From Ascoidea asiatica JCM 7603 (taxonomy: Eukaryota > Fungi > Ascomycota), in NCBI GenBank assembly GCA_001600695.1, contig BCKQ01000002.1, positions 1,261,184 through 1,325,183 on the forward strand: a stretch of 64,000 nt of DNA, written 5' to 3'. This document shows positions 1 through 11,553 of the stretch, piece after piece (within the stretch, counting starts at the first letter, position 1; every line of letters begins with the position of its first letter). Made by a program: the position numbers and the translations under genes. The notes under the pieces were generated by a model, which saw nothing but the letters and a program-made list of their open reading frames with translations, did no database searches and was not told the DNA's origin.

Positions 1-1170
1 TCTGAAACTACTGGTGATATATTGACTTCTAATGATAATGATGAATATATACAAAAATCTTCTCCAAATTTAAATTCAAATACTGAAATTCAGCAAAATA
101 TAGAAAATGAAGAAAGTATAGAAAATGAAAAGAGGAATCAAGAATTAGAAAATGAAGAAAATGAAGAAAATGAAGTAAATCAAGAACATCAAGAATCTCC
201 GAAGACTCCTACGGCTCCAGATACTTCTGAAGATCAAATAAATCAAAAAATTCTAGAAAATAAAGAGAGCCAAGAAAATCAAGAACCCTTAGAAATCCAA
301 AAGGATCAAGAAGATCAAGAAATGACTGATGTAAATAATGAAGAATTTAATAATAATAATAATTCTAAATCAAATTCAAAAAAAACTTTATTTCCCTCAA
401 AATCTTTAGAAGAAACTGTTTTAAATTTAGTTAAAACTTTTGAACCAAAAAGAAAATCAGTAAGTTTGAAAATAAATGATAATGAAAATGAAAATGAAAA
501 TATAAATGAAAACTCAAAAGAAAATAATACTTTAATAGTAAGTGATATTATTGATAATACATTAAATTCTTCATTTAAAAGAAAATTCTCGGATACCGAA
601 GAAAATAATGAAAAAATTGATAATAATATTGATAATGAGAATGGAAATACTACTATTAATGAAAATGACAATGGTAATGATGGCGAAAATGAAACTATTA
701 ATCAAACTATTTTAGAAAGTAATAATGATTCAAATGAACAAGATTATGATAATGACAATAATAATAATAACGATGACAATCAAGATGATAGTATAGATGA
801 TAATAATAAAAATAAAATGAGAAAAATATCTAAAACAACTGTTAAAAAAGAGAAAAAAGATAAAAAAATTAAATTAGTTAAAGAAAAAATAGGTACAATT
901 GATGTTAGAGTTTCTGATGGTACAAAACAACTTTTATTTAGAGTTAAAGCAAATACAAAATTTAAAAAATTATTTGGTCATTATTGTAATAGATCAAATA
1001 AAGATATTAATGAAATTTTATTTTATTTCAATGATAATATTATTAATGAACAAGATACTCCTGCAGAAACAAAAATGATTGTTGGTAAAAATTATATCAT
1101 TACTTGTGTTCCAAATATTAAAAAATTGAATGATGAAATTATAGATGAAAATGCTGAAACTAAAACTTAG
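1..1170 (+). CDS. Acidic/Asn-rich protein with a C-terminal SUMO-like (Smt3/Rad60-SLD type) domain; 5' end lies upstream of the window
   Basis: Frame is open from base 1 (the track start is a TTG). C-terminal TIDVRVSDGTKQLLFRVKANTKFKKLFGHYCNR...ILFYFNDNIINEQDTPAETKM aligns by eye with Smt3 [20 protein letters not shown]...LRFLYDG.RI...QTPEDLDM. No terminal GG; a Lys-rich NLS-like stretch precedes the domain. Confidence 0.75.
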   Translation, partial: SETTGDILTSNDNDEYIQKSSPNLNSNTEIQQNIENEESIENEKRNQELENEENEENEVNQEHQESPKTPTAPDTSEDQINQKILENKESQENQEPLEIQKDQEDQEMTDVNNEEFNNNNNSKSNSKKTLFPSKSLEETVLNLVKTFEPKRKSVSLKINDNENENENINENSKENNTLIVSDIIDNTLNSSFKRKFSDTEENNEKIDNNIDNENGNTTINENDNGNDGENETINQTILESNNDSNEQDYDNDNNNNNDDNQDDSIDDNNKNKMRKISKTTVKKEKKDKKIKLVKEKIGTIDVRVSDGTKQLLFRVKANTKFKKLFGHYCNRSNKDINEILFYFNDNIINEQDTPAETKMIVGKNYIITCVPNIKKLNDEIIDENAETKT

Positions 1171-1511
1171 TTAGTAATATTTACATATATTCAATATACA
1201 TACAATATAACACAATATAGCGCGATATAGCCATATAATATAATATAATATAATATATATATATTGGCCAGGATTGCTCGTCCAATCAAAAGCAGCCCCA
1301 GAGGTATATTTTTGTTCCTTTGTTTTCGGTATAAAAAGTACCAATACAAAGGGAAAGCTCTGCTTAAATATGAAAACCAGATTAGAATTGTAGTGGTAAG
1401 ATTCATTTATAATTCTTATAACCTTCATAATTTTCATATAATATTTTCAATAATCATTCAATTTTAATTTAATTTTTATTATTCTAACATACAAATCTTT
1501 GTTTATTAGCA

Positions 1512-2177
1512 TTGTTGGTGGTGGCAAAAATAGAAGAAATACTAAAAAATAGAATACTTATATTAATATTATTACATATAATAATTTTGCATTCATATGC
1601 TAAATTTAATCCAGCTTTTTGGACTTATACTAATAGAATTGGTACAACTCTTACCATGTTTGACACTGCTAATGGTGGAGATGCATTAAGAAGTTGTATG
1701 AAATTATTTCCTTTTCCTGGGTTTAGTTTTTTCTTATTGCACAATCAATTAGGTGCTATTTTTGCAGATATGATAATACTGCTTCTTCTTTATTTAGCAT
1801 CATTTAGCTGGGTAGGTGATAATCTTTATCAAAAATCAAAGAATGAGACTTTTAATATAATTTTAAGAGGTACCCGAGAAAGAGAACCGAATAGTTATAC
1901 TGATGTTTTAGAAATGGGTCCTTTCATTTATACAATTCAAAATAACAAATATGTTTTTATTCTTCCATTATTCACCCATCAATTGTTTATACTATTGGTA
2001 ACTGTTTTAAATACTTTTGTATTTGCTTTTAGTCAACTTGAAATCTTGGAAAAATTTTTCCTTATTGTTTTCAATTTAGGATTTTATATTCTTCCTAAGG
2101 AATTTAATTCAACATTGTTAAGGCAAATGAGAGAAAACTTGACTGAAGATTATGGTTTTGATGAAAATGAAATATGA
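1512..2177 (+). CDS. Hypothetical multi-pass membrane protein; start uncertain (first in-frame ATG at 1656, possible upstream intron ending at TAG 1509)
   Basis: 221-codon ORF in very AT-rich DNA with several hydrophobic segments. TTCTAAC (1482-1488) plus TAG (1507-1509) resemble a 3' splice region. No family recognised. Confidence 0.5.
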   Translation: MLVVAKIEEILKNRILILILLHIIILHSYAKFNPAFWTYTNRIGTTLTMFDTANGGDALRSCMKLFPFPGFSFFLLHNQLGAIFADMIILLLLYLASFSWVGDNLYQKSKNETFNIILRGTREREPNSYTDVLEMGPFIYTIQNNKYVFILPLFTHQLFILLVTVLNTFVFAFSQLEILEKFFLIVFNLGFYILPKEFNSTLLRQMRENLTEDYGFDENEI

Positions 2178-2445
2178 AATTTAAGTATCAAAAGAAGATA
2201 AATATCAAATATTAATAATAATCATAATGCTACTGATATTACTGAAAATAATCAATATAAAATCAAAATTTGAGTGGATAGTGAAAATACGAAATAGCAA
2301 AATAAGTACTAAATAAATGGTAAAATCACAATATTGAAAAACTTTAGTATTTATTACGTTTAAAATCTTAGAAAATTTTAAAAGTAGTAATATCTACTTT
2401 AGAATTTTTCATTAATGATGAAATCTCTTGATATCTAAGCTGTAA

Positions 2446-3765
2446 TTATAAAAATTGATTTTCAGAATCACCTGCTCTTTTTTTCAAAGAAAAGTAAAAT
2501 TGTTTTGGGGGTTCTTCTTTATATCCTTCAAAAATTAAACTTTTAATTGAAATGAAGCCATCTTTTACTTTAACTATAAGTTTGGATTGATCAACAGATA
2601 AAATAAATTGACCCAATTGATTTAATTTATTTAAATTTAGTATATTATTATCGTCTTTGTCATTGTTATTGTCAATACTAAAGGATTCAATGCTTTTGAA
2701 AATAATTCTTGATTTTTTATTAATTAGTTTTTTTTTTTTAATTATATTAACTTCTTTGAAAGAAAATAAAGGACCAAGAATTGAAAATCTTTTAATAATT
2801 TGATCTTTTGAAAGAGTATTGAAATTTAAATATAAATCATCTTTTATAATTTTTTTAGCATATGAAAATTTATATGATTTTTCAATTTTTTGGAAATTTA
2901 ATTCATTTAAAAATAAATTTTTCTCAATTACAAATTTTAATAAATTTGATCCGATTTCAGATAGATAATTAGTTAATGAACTAACTGATTTTAAATTTGA
3001 AGTTATTGGAATTTCATTTGATTGATAAATAATTTTACCTTTATCAAATTTAGATGGATGTAAAGTTTGTATAGTTACACCAGTAATATCATCATTATTT
3101 AATAGTGTATATTGAATTGGAGAAGATCCAGAATATTTAGGTAATAAAGAAGGATGAACATTAATACCACCAAATTTTAATGAATTTAAGAAATTTGAAG
3201 GTATCAAAGATCCATATGATACTGCAATTGCAAAATTATAAACTTTTGCTAAAGAATTAATTTCATCTTTACTATCAGCTTCAATAATTGTAAGTTTTTT
3301 ATCTTTTGAAAATTTATTAATTGGTAATTCTGATTTTCTCTTTAAATTTCTACCAATTGGTTTTGATTTTTTTGTAATTACATGAATTGAATTAATTAAA
3401 TTTATATTTTTTTCTTTTAAATTAATTAATTTATCTAATGACTTTATACTAAATTCATCAGAACCAAAAAATGCTATATTTAAAGGTTCTAAATCTTTTA
3501 AATTTAAATGAAATTGAGATTTTGATTTATCAAGATTATCAAGATTCTCAATGTTTTCAATACTTCCATTTTTTTCAGCTCTTTCAATATTTTTAGTAAT
3601 TGTTAAATCATTTAAATTTTGTGATGTTGAATAGAATCGAGATTTAACTAGAATTTGAAATTGAACTTGAAATTGAAATTGAAGCTGAGATTTTGAATGT
3701 ATTTTGAATGGGTTCCTTATTGGGACAACTATTCTTGCCCACGTCTGCATTCTCTGAATTATCAT
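2446..3765 (-). CDS. FMT1: Mitochondrial methionyl-tRNA formyltransferase
   Basis: IAFFGSDEFS, AVSYGSLIP and GGINVHPSLLPKYSGSSPIQ formyltransferase motifs; Arg/Ser-rich presequence-like N-terminus; first ATG at 3765 (track start at 3783 is TTG). Confidence 0.92.
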   Translation of the reverse strand: MIIQRMQTWARIVVPIRNPFKIHSKSQLQFQFQVQFQILVKSRFYSTSQNLNDLTITKNIERAEKNGSIENIENLDNLDKSKSQFHLNLKDLEPLNIAFFGSDEFSIKSLDKLINLKEKNINLINSIHVITKKSKPIGRNLKRKSELPINKFSKDKKLTIIEADSKDEINSLAKVYNFAIAVSYGSLIPSNFLNSLKFGGINVHPSLLPKYSGSSPIQYTLLNNDDITGVTIQTLHPSKFDKGKIIYQSNEIPITSNLKSVSSLTNYLSEIGSNLLKFVIEKNLFLNELNFQKIEKSYKFSYAKKIIKDDLYLNFNTLSKDQIIKRFSILGPLFSFKEVNIIKKKKLINKKSRIIFKSIESFSIDNNNDKDDNNILNLNKLNQLGQFILSVDQSKLIVKVKDGFISIKSLIFEGYKEEPPKQFYFSLKKRAGDSENQFL

Positions 3766-4173
3766 TTCTAAAGGTATATTCAAATATCCTCTTCTATATT
3801 TTTGTCTATTATTCTATCTATATTCTTGTATCTATATTTTTGTTCTTCTCAACCTTTTTGATCTTCCTGATGAAATAAATGAAATAAAAATCCAAACCTA
3901 TTAAAGACATCAAAAAATAATTCTTTCTCTGTCTGTTTACAGGCTAGGAAAAAGATCCACATACATGGTCTCATTTCCAGTTTCGTTGTTGTTTTTGTTT
4001 ATCGTTTGTTTTGTATTGATTTAATCAATTTAATTTATTTACTTGATTTATTTATTTATTCTTCGAATTCAATGAATTCAATTGCAAGACATAAATTAGA
4101 AATATCATTCAAGTTTTATTCACAATCATTAAAGTCACTTCAGGAATGGAACACTACTGAACTTCAGCATTAA

Positions 4174-4472
4174 ATGACTCCTTTGAATATGAATTTTAAT
4201 CCATCAAGAGATGAAGGTGCAGAATTAATCTTGGAAGCAGAAACTCTTCTACAACAATTATCAATTATAAATATTAATCCAGATCAAGATATGCTAAGAA
4301 TATGTTTTCAGTTATGTGACTTGGGAATTGATCCTGTTTTATTATCAGTATGTAATACTTTTTTATTGTTTATTTCGACAATTATATTCATTATAGAAAT
4401 TAATGATACTAATTATTATTATTGTATTTAATCTTATAGAAAGTTGTTCATAATTTATTGACTCAACAGTGA
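4174..4472 (+). CDS. MZT1: MOZART1 gamma-tubulin complex subunit, 2 exons (4174-4347, 4440-4472)
   Basis: ETLLQQLSIININPDQDMLRICFQLCDLGIDPVLLS|KVVHNLLTQQ* resembles MOZART1 (..[29 protein letters not shown]). Intron 4348-4439 has GTATGT...TACTAAT...TAG and splices in frame. Confidence 0.85.
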
Positions 4473-4512
4473 AAACTATATAAAAAAAAAAACGAGTGAA
4501 GTATTTAATTAT

Positions 4513-5748
4513 TTATTTACTTCTTTTAGACAAAAGTGGTGAATCACTTCCTTCATATAATTTATCAAAATCAAATGCATCAAAACAAGCTTGTCTAGAT
4601 AATTTAACTGCCATAGAACATCTTTCATTTATTGATTTTTTATAATTTTGAACTATATTTCCCCACATTTCATCAACGCTATCTTCTTTATTACTCTCGT
4701 TTATAATTAAATCAATAAATGTTTTAACATCAGAAATACCATGATTACATGCTTCTCCTCTGAACATTGTCATTGCATGACATGAATCTCCCATTAATAT
4801 AATTTTATTATTGAAATCATTCCATTTAACTATATCCCAATCTGCAATTTTCAACTCTAAAAAATCATCTGTAGACTCTTTATTTTCATTAATTTCACAC
4901 ATTTTTTCAATTAGATATTTTAATTTTATATTAATTCCTTTTGTTCTTTCTTCAATTTCTTTCACTAGTTCTCTCCTAGTAATCTTATTCTTACTTTTAT
5001 TCTCATTTTCAATTTTCCAAGCCAACATAATTTGTGCTAAATATTTTCCATTAATTTTTGTATAATTTGGATCTGCTAAAGTTGAATACCAAAAAAATGT
5101 ATTATTTTCTTGAATTGTACCTTGAAATAATAATGGATCAAATTTTTTTGATAATTGAAGATATTCTTCTTCATTTAATTCAATTGTTTTTCCAATAAAT
5201 TTAACTGGTAAATAATTCAATTTATAATTATCAGTATTTGTAAAACTTCTTGTAATTGAATTTGATCCTTCAATTCCAAATAATATATCACCTTGAAAAA
5301 CTTTACCATTCTTACAAATTATATTTATCTTTTCATCTTTAATTTCAATTTTTTTTGTCTCACATCCCCAATTAATTTCAATATCTGTTGATAAAATTTT
5401 TCTAATTTCTTCTCTTCTAACTCTCAATCTATTTCTTGATGGTGGAATTTTAATAATTGATTTACCATTCGTTCCATTGATATAAAGAAAATTTCCATTA
5501 TCTTTTAGATTAAAATCTTTTATAACTTGTGCTTCATAAATTTTTAAATATAAATCCAATGGTAATAAATCTTTTAAATCTTTTAATGACCAATGTAATG
5601 TAATTCCCCATCCTTGACCTCTAGAATTAATTGATTCATCTCTATCTAAAATTTCAAATGGTATTTCAAGTTTTTTTAAGGCTTGTGCTAATGTTAATCC
5701 AACTATACCAGCTCCTGATATTAAAATTTTACCAAATTTCCATTCCAT
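4513..5748 (-). CDS. FAD-dependent monooxygenase (group A flavoprotein hydroxylase)
   Basis: GAGIVG Rossmann motif, GIEG (DG-motif variant), MGDSCHAMTMFRGEACNHGISD GD motif. Confidence 0.9.
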   Translation of the reverse strand: MEWKFGKILISGAGIVGLTLAQALKKLEIPFEILDRDESINSRGQGWGITLHWSLKDLKDLLPLDLYLKIYEAQVIKDFNLKDNGNFLYINGTNGKSIIKIPPSRNRLRVRREEIRKILSTDIEINWGCETKKIEIKDEKINIICKNGKVFQGDILFGIEGSNSITRSFTNTDNYKLNYLPVKFIGKTIELNEEEYLQLSKKFDPLLFQGTIQENNTFFWYSTLADPNYTKINGKYLAQIMLAWKIENENKSKNKITRRELVKEIEERTKGINIKLKYLIEKMCEINENKESTDDFLELKIADWDIVKWNDFNNKIILMGDSCHAMTMFRGEACNHGISDVKTFIDLIINESNKEDSVDEMWGNIVQNYKKSINERCSMAVKLSRQACFDAFDFDKLYEGSDSPLLSKRSK

Positions 5749-6630
5749 TTTTTATTTTCCTAATTAAATTTATTTTATTTTGTTCAATTTCCTTTATATT
5801 CAACAAAATGTATTAATTTGAAAACATTTCTTTATTTAAATACTTTTGAATTGAATTATTTTGATTCTACTCAATATAGATAATTAAAAATCATTAGACA
5901 TTTTATTATTAATTCTATTATTCTGTTAGAAACCTATAACAGAAATCAGTTCTATGAATGTTTTCAATTTTGTTGATTTCATTTAATAACACACTAAAAA
6001 GAAGAATTGATACAAAATGATATTTCAAGTGAATAAAAAATAAAGATAAGGTTGAATAATTCAAGGTCTGGTAAGTTTTTTGATAAGTTGTGGTTGAAAG
6101 TATCAGTTGCCTGTTAAAACGTCGACTTTTAATTTATTTTAATTTTTATTGTTTTTTGATTGTTTTCTTTTGACTTGCAGCTTGTTTTGAGGGAGACCTG
6201 GCTATTTTCGCCTACGGTTAATTAACAGAAGTCCCTAAGGAAAACAAAAATAAGGAAAGTTTCTGAACCCATCTCGAATTCCAAATAACCCATAATCATT
6301 CTCATAAAGAGCATAACCAAATAACGATGAATTGATTCTTTAGACTTGTGATATGAAATTGTTCACCAAGAGCTCTCTATAGAAAAGAATCTTTTCATAG
6401 TAATCACTAATTACGTTCAAAAGTTTTGCTTTATTTATTTTATTTCATCCCCAGATATTTTAAACTCATCTTTAAAAGGAAATCAAAAAAGAAAAGAAAA
6501 AAGGAAGAAAGAAAGAAAGAAAAGTATTTATTAAATCAATTTGTTTATGAAATATAGTATTTATTTGTAATTCAATTAACTCACTTTATCACAATTTACA
6601 TTATAAGTTATATTAGTCAATTCTTACAAA

Positions 6631-7689
6631 ATGTCTATGAAAGAAGGTCATGAAGCCTTAAATCCAATCCATCCATCAATGATTGATAAAATGGATCCAA
6701 AATTTGTTGTATTATATAATGAACATGTTGCAAATGCTCCAATTAAAAAAAAGATAGATTTACCTTTATTGAGAAAAAATTATTCAAAAATTTATTCTTA
6801 TGGTACTGCTCCAGCTCCAGAAATAAAATATATCAAAGATATTTTTTTCAAATCTTTTGATGATTTTGAAGTTAAATTACGTATTTATAAACCAAATGAT
6901 ACAAAAAAAGATGAATTATTACCTGTTCATATTGATTTTCATGGTGGTGGTTGGGGTTTAGGTGATTTAGATACTGAATCCCATGTTTTAAAACATTATG
7001 TTGAAAAAGCAAGAATTGCAGTTGTTGATGTTGATTATAGATTAATTCCTGAATTTGCATTTCCAACAGGTTTAAAAGATTGTTTTGAAGCAACTAAATA
7101 TATTTATAATAATTCAAAATCTTTGGGTTTTAAACAAAATAGTATTTCAATTGGTGGAGTTAGTGCTGGTGGTAATATTTGTTTAGCTGTTAATCATTTA
7201 TGTCGTGATATTAAATTACCTTTAAAATTAGTTTGTGCTGGTACTCCACAAGTTGATGATATTCAACCATATAAAACTACATCTGATTCTCCATATAAAT
7301 CTTGTAAAGAATGTGAATTTGCTCCAACTTTAAATTGGGCAAGATTAAAATGGTTTGATGACTTAAAATGGGCTTCATTATCTCAAGATCCAACAGAAAG
7401 AGCAAAGCAAGAAAAGGAAATTGGGTGGTTTAAATCTATTATAACTGCTCCAAATTGGAAAAATTTATCTAAAACTGTTATTTATACTGCAGGTTGTGAT
7501 CCAATGAGAGATGAAGGTAGAGCTTATGCTAAAAAATTGATTGACACTGGAAATGAATGTGTTTATAAGAATTTTGTTGGTGTTCCTCATCCATTTATGC
7601 ATATGGATAAAGATTTATGGCAAGCAAGTACGTTTATTGATTTGACTGCAAAAGAATTAGCTTTAGCTCATGGTACAATTGGCTGGTAG
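6631..7689 (+). CDS. Alpha/beta hydrolase of the hormone-sensitive-lipase (Abhydrolase_3) esterase family
   Basis: HGGGW oxyanion motif, VDYRLIPE, GVSAGG nucleophile elbow, CDPMRDEG (Asp) and PHPF (His). Confidence 0.92.
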   Translation: MSMKEGHEALNPIHPSMIDKMDPKFVVLYNEHVANAPIKKKIDLPLLRKNYSKIYSYGTAPAPEIKYIKDIFFKSFDDFEVKLRIYKPNDTKKDELLPVHIDFHGGGWGLGDLDTESHVLKHYVEKARIAVVDVDYRLIPEFAFPTGLKDCFEATKYIYNNSKSLGFKQNSISIGGVSAGGNICLAVNHLCRDIKLPLKLVCAGTPQVDDIQPYKTTSDSPYKSCKECEFAPTLNWARLKWFDDLKWASLSQDPTERAKQEKEIGWFKSIITAPNWKNLSKTVIYTAGCDPMRDEGRAYAKKLIDTGNECVYKNFVGVPHPFMHMDKDLWQASTFIDLTAKELALAHGTIGW

Positions 7690-7937
7690 ATTCATATATA
7701 TGTATATATAATTTTTACTTTTTTTAATATAACTATCATTATACTTTCATGGAAACTTAAATATATAAGTATGTTTTTAAATTTAATTTACAATTAAAAT
7801 TTTCGAGTTTATTATGATATTATGATTATTAATATTAAAATCACTATTCAAAAGTAATTTTCCGAAAAAAAAAGTTTATGTATTTAAGAACATAGGATAT
7901 TTATTTCGAATTTCATTAATTATGAGAATATAAAAGT

Positions 7938-8984
7938 TTATTTTTTATCATTAAATTGTAAAAGTTGATTAGCTAAATCTATAACAGTATTTTCAAAATT
8001 ATTGAAAGTGACTCCTAATAAATTTTCGGCTTTTGAAGAATCTGTAGTAAAATGAGATCCAGAAATTCTTTCACCAGGATTACCAATTGGAATTTTACAA
8101 GAAAATTTTTGAGGTAAATTTTTTATTAATATGTCTGCAATTTCTTGATTACAAAAATCTCCAGCACTTACCATAAATCTTTGATTTGAAGCTTCAGGAA
8201 CCATTAAAGCTTTAACATGAGCTTCAGCTAAATTTCGAACATCAACCCAAACAGGACCTTTTGTTGGAGGAACAGGATCTTTATTCGAATAAGAAGATAA
8301 AATTGACCAAATGACAGTATTTGAAAAATTCAAAGAAGATATTGAATCAAGAAGATCGGTTGTTAGTAATGGACCATAAACCATAGGAGGACATAAAACA
8401 CAAATATCAAAAGATGGGTTTTCAGTTTCTATAAAATCCCAAGCTGCTCTTTCAGCTACAATTTTAGAGGCTCTATAAGCTACAGAAGGTTCTTTTGTTG
8501 TTGCACCATCTTCCCAAGTTAAAGGAGAAAAATCCTTTTCAGTTAATACAACCCCAGGCTGTAAACCTTTTGAGGCATCAAAAACAGCAGCAAAACTAGA
8601 AGTTATCACAATTCTTCTTATTTTGGGTTCAGTTTTAGCAGCTTTTAATATTGTTGTTGTTCCTTTAACAGCTGGAGTTAATAATTCATCAACAAAATTA
8701 GTTACATTATAAGTATATGGAGAAGCTAAATGTAAAATTCCAGAACATCCTTTAACTGCATCAATTAAAGAATCAAGATCAGTGATATCTTTAATTATTG
8801 CAAAAGAAATTTTTTCTTGAAGATTTTTTGGAAAACTTTTAATTAATTTATTAACTTTTTCAATTGATCTTGCAGTTGCTTTAACATAATAACCATGATC
8901 TAATAAATTTTTTACACACCAACTACCGATAAATCCAGTTGAACCAGTAACAAGAATAGTTTCTCTATCATCTAAAGTCATCAT
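7938..8984 (-). CDS. NAD(P)H-dependent reductase of the GRE2/dihydroflavonol-reductase (extended SDR) family
   Basis: LVTGSTGFIG, HLASP, VITSSFAA, YRASK (YxxxK), WVDVRNLAEAH. Confidence 0.92.
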   Translation of the reverse strand: MMTLDDRETILVTGSTGFIGSWCVKNLLDHGYYVKATARSIEKVNKLIKSFPKNLQEKISFAIIKDITDLDSLIDAVKGCSGILHLASPYTYNVTNFVDELLTPAVKGTTTILKAAKTEPKIRRIVITSSFAAVFDASKGLQPGVVLTEKDFSPLTWEDGATTKEPSVAYRASKIVAERAAWDFIETENPSFDICVLCPPMVYGPLLTTDLLDSISSLNFSNTVIWSILSSYSNKDPVPPTKGPVWVDVRNLAEAHVKALMVPEASNQRFMVSAGDFCNQEIADILIKNLPQKFSCKIPIGNPGERISGSHFTTDSSKAENLLGVTFNNFENTVIDLANQLLQFNDKK

Positions 8985-11553
8985 TTAAAATATGTTTCTT
9001 TTGAATTAATATAATTTCAATTTGATTTATTTGAGTAATGATTGTTTTTAGTTTAAATGGATTATATCAAAGTTTATGAGAGATTAATCACTTTTTTTAT
9101 ATTATGTCTTATTATATCTCAAAATACTCCATAAATAATCAAATTAAAATATTACTTTTGTTTAGTTGATAAGAAAATTTGGCCAAGTGAAACTAAGAAA
9201 ATATGTAAAACATGTAAAAAAAGTAAAATAAGAAAATTTTGTATAGGTAAGATAATTTGGTAGTTATAAATATATGGAGAAATTTAAAAAAAATAATAAA
9301 AATCAACAACAACAAAGTGAAAACAACAAGATCAATGAGCTCTTTAGACTGATTATACAGTTTTCCTCAATAATACTACCAAATTAATTAAGTTATGTAA
9401 TAAAGAATTTATTTCTATTATTTGTTTAATGATTGTTGGGTGATTTAATGATATTTGTTTGAATTTCTGCTTAATATTTGCTTAAATTTCTGTTTTAATT
9501 TAGTTTGATTTCTTTTTGAAGTGTAATTGAAATTTTGTTTGAATTTAGTTTAGTTTCTTGCTCAAGCTTTTGTTCTTTTGTTCTTTTGTAATTTGCAGAG
9601 TCTTCAAAAAAGAATAAAATGTTGTTGATGTTAGAGTCTAAAGAGATATTGAAAATGGCTGGTGATAAAATATTTGGAATCTTGGTAAAAAATTATTAAA
9701 AATTCTAGGTTTAATTCACCTACGGAAAATAGAACAAGGAAATAGATAAATTTAAGGCAAAAAATAGTAATTTTACAATAATATTATTAAAATGGAATTG
9801 AAAATGGAAATAAAAATGAATATTATTTTTTGTTTATTTATTTATTAACATGCCAGATATTTTCGTCAAGATAAAAGCCAGTAAAATTCAATAGGCAAAT
9901 TGAAAATAATTACAGATTATCACATATACTCAATTACGGATAGATAGATAAATAAATCGAAAGATAATCTGAATTCTATGATTTACTACAAATATTCAAC
10001 GTCAAAAATTTGTTTTTTGAATGTAAAAAAGTCAGTAAAAATAAAAGTTTAAAATTGGAATCAATATGAGACTGAATGACAGTACATATTGAACAAAATT
10101 TGAGGTTATTTACTCTTGAAATTTCTAAGATTTCTAAGGCAAATTCTGATTTTATTTCTTATTGAAAAGCTTTTTTTTGTTTTCAGAAAGTTTTCAATAT
10201 TACTCAAACGTTCATTGATGAAATTATATCTTGAGCCACTTAAAAATTTTCGGAAGATCAATTTGAAACAATAAACTTGAATCCATTTAATCCAATTGAA
10301 TGGAAAAAATCTCAAAAAAATCTAAAATTGAATATTTCCTCTTTCAATATCATTTTTGAAAAAAAATTGGTAATATTCTATGTATTTGTGATTTTATACT
10401 GTATAAATAATAAAATATTTTTCGATTCTCTTAAAATTCTCAGGATTTCTTGATTCAATTGAAAGTTTTCCTGTACTTTCAAACCCCTTTCATGACATTT
10501 CAAAAAGCATTCAAATAAACAGAACCTGAAGAAGTTTCTACTTCAAAATAAAAGTAATTAGAAAAATGGTTTAAGAATTAAAAATTGCAATTTCTGTAGA
10601 TTTTTCATTTAATATTTAACAGTGGTCGGAAATCAAGTTGAATATTTCCTATTTAGCCGTTTTCTATACAGTAACACGTGCTTGATAAATTGGTTGCAGG
10701 CGTTTTGTGATCTTGAGTTTTGTGTTGGCTTTGTGCAACGTTGTTTTGGGCAGTTTATTGCCTTGGGGCAAAAGCGAAGCAGCGAAGAGGTGAGGATGAT
10801 TGGCTCTGACAAAGAAATAGATGAAATCCCCGTCGGCCATATTTTTGTCTTTGAAATCTCTTAAAAGCATGCGACTGCGAATGAAGCTTTCCGAGGATGA
10901 GAAAGATAACAAAAGTGCTTGTTTACATTTGGCCCGATTTGGTGGGCTGAAGTGATTGTAGCAGTTTAAGGTTATCTTAGAAGCCAAACCTGCATTGACA
11001 GACGGATATGTTTGTTAATGTATGAAGCAGCATATCCACTTTTTATTTTCTCACCACCGGTGTTTAATTCAGCATTTGCAATATGAAATTTTAGAATCTT
11101 TTCAAGAAGTTGATAAACTTACTGAGAATCAAACAATCGATGAATGTAAAACTGATTAGAAATAATTTTATTTTAGATTTGAGGAATTGGTTTCAACCTT
11201 AACGAATCACCTGGAATGACTCTAGAGTATCATTTGAGCATTCAATGTATTTTTAATTTCTTTTATTCAACCTATTTTTTTTCATTTTCTTAGACTCTTT
11301 TAATTTCGGTCTCTTTTTTATTTTCTTTATTCTTTTGAAGGTCTTTTAATATATCAGATGTCTTATTGTTTTCAATTGTAGTGTGATTTTTATTTTTCTT
11401 CAATATCATAATTTATCATCGTCATTTTCCTAAATAATCTTTAGAATTTAAGTATATATATAAATAACAATTCATTTGAATTAGTTTTATTTTTAAACAG
11501 GCTAAACTTAACTATAATCTCAAAAAAAAGAACAATAAAAAACAATTAGTAAA

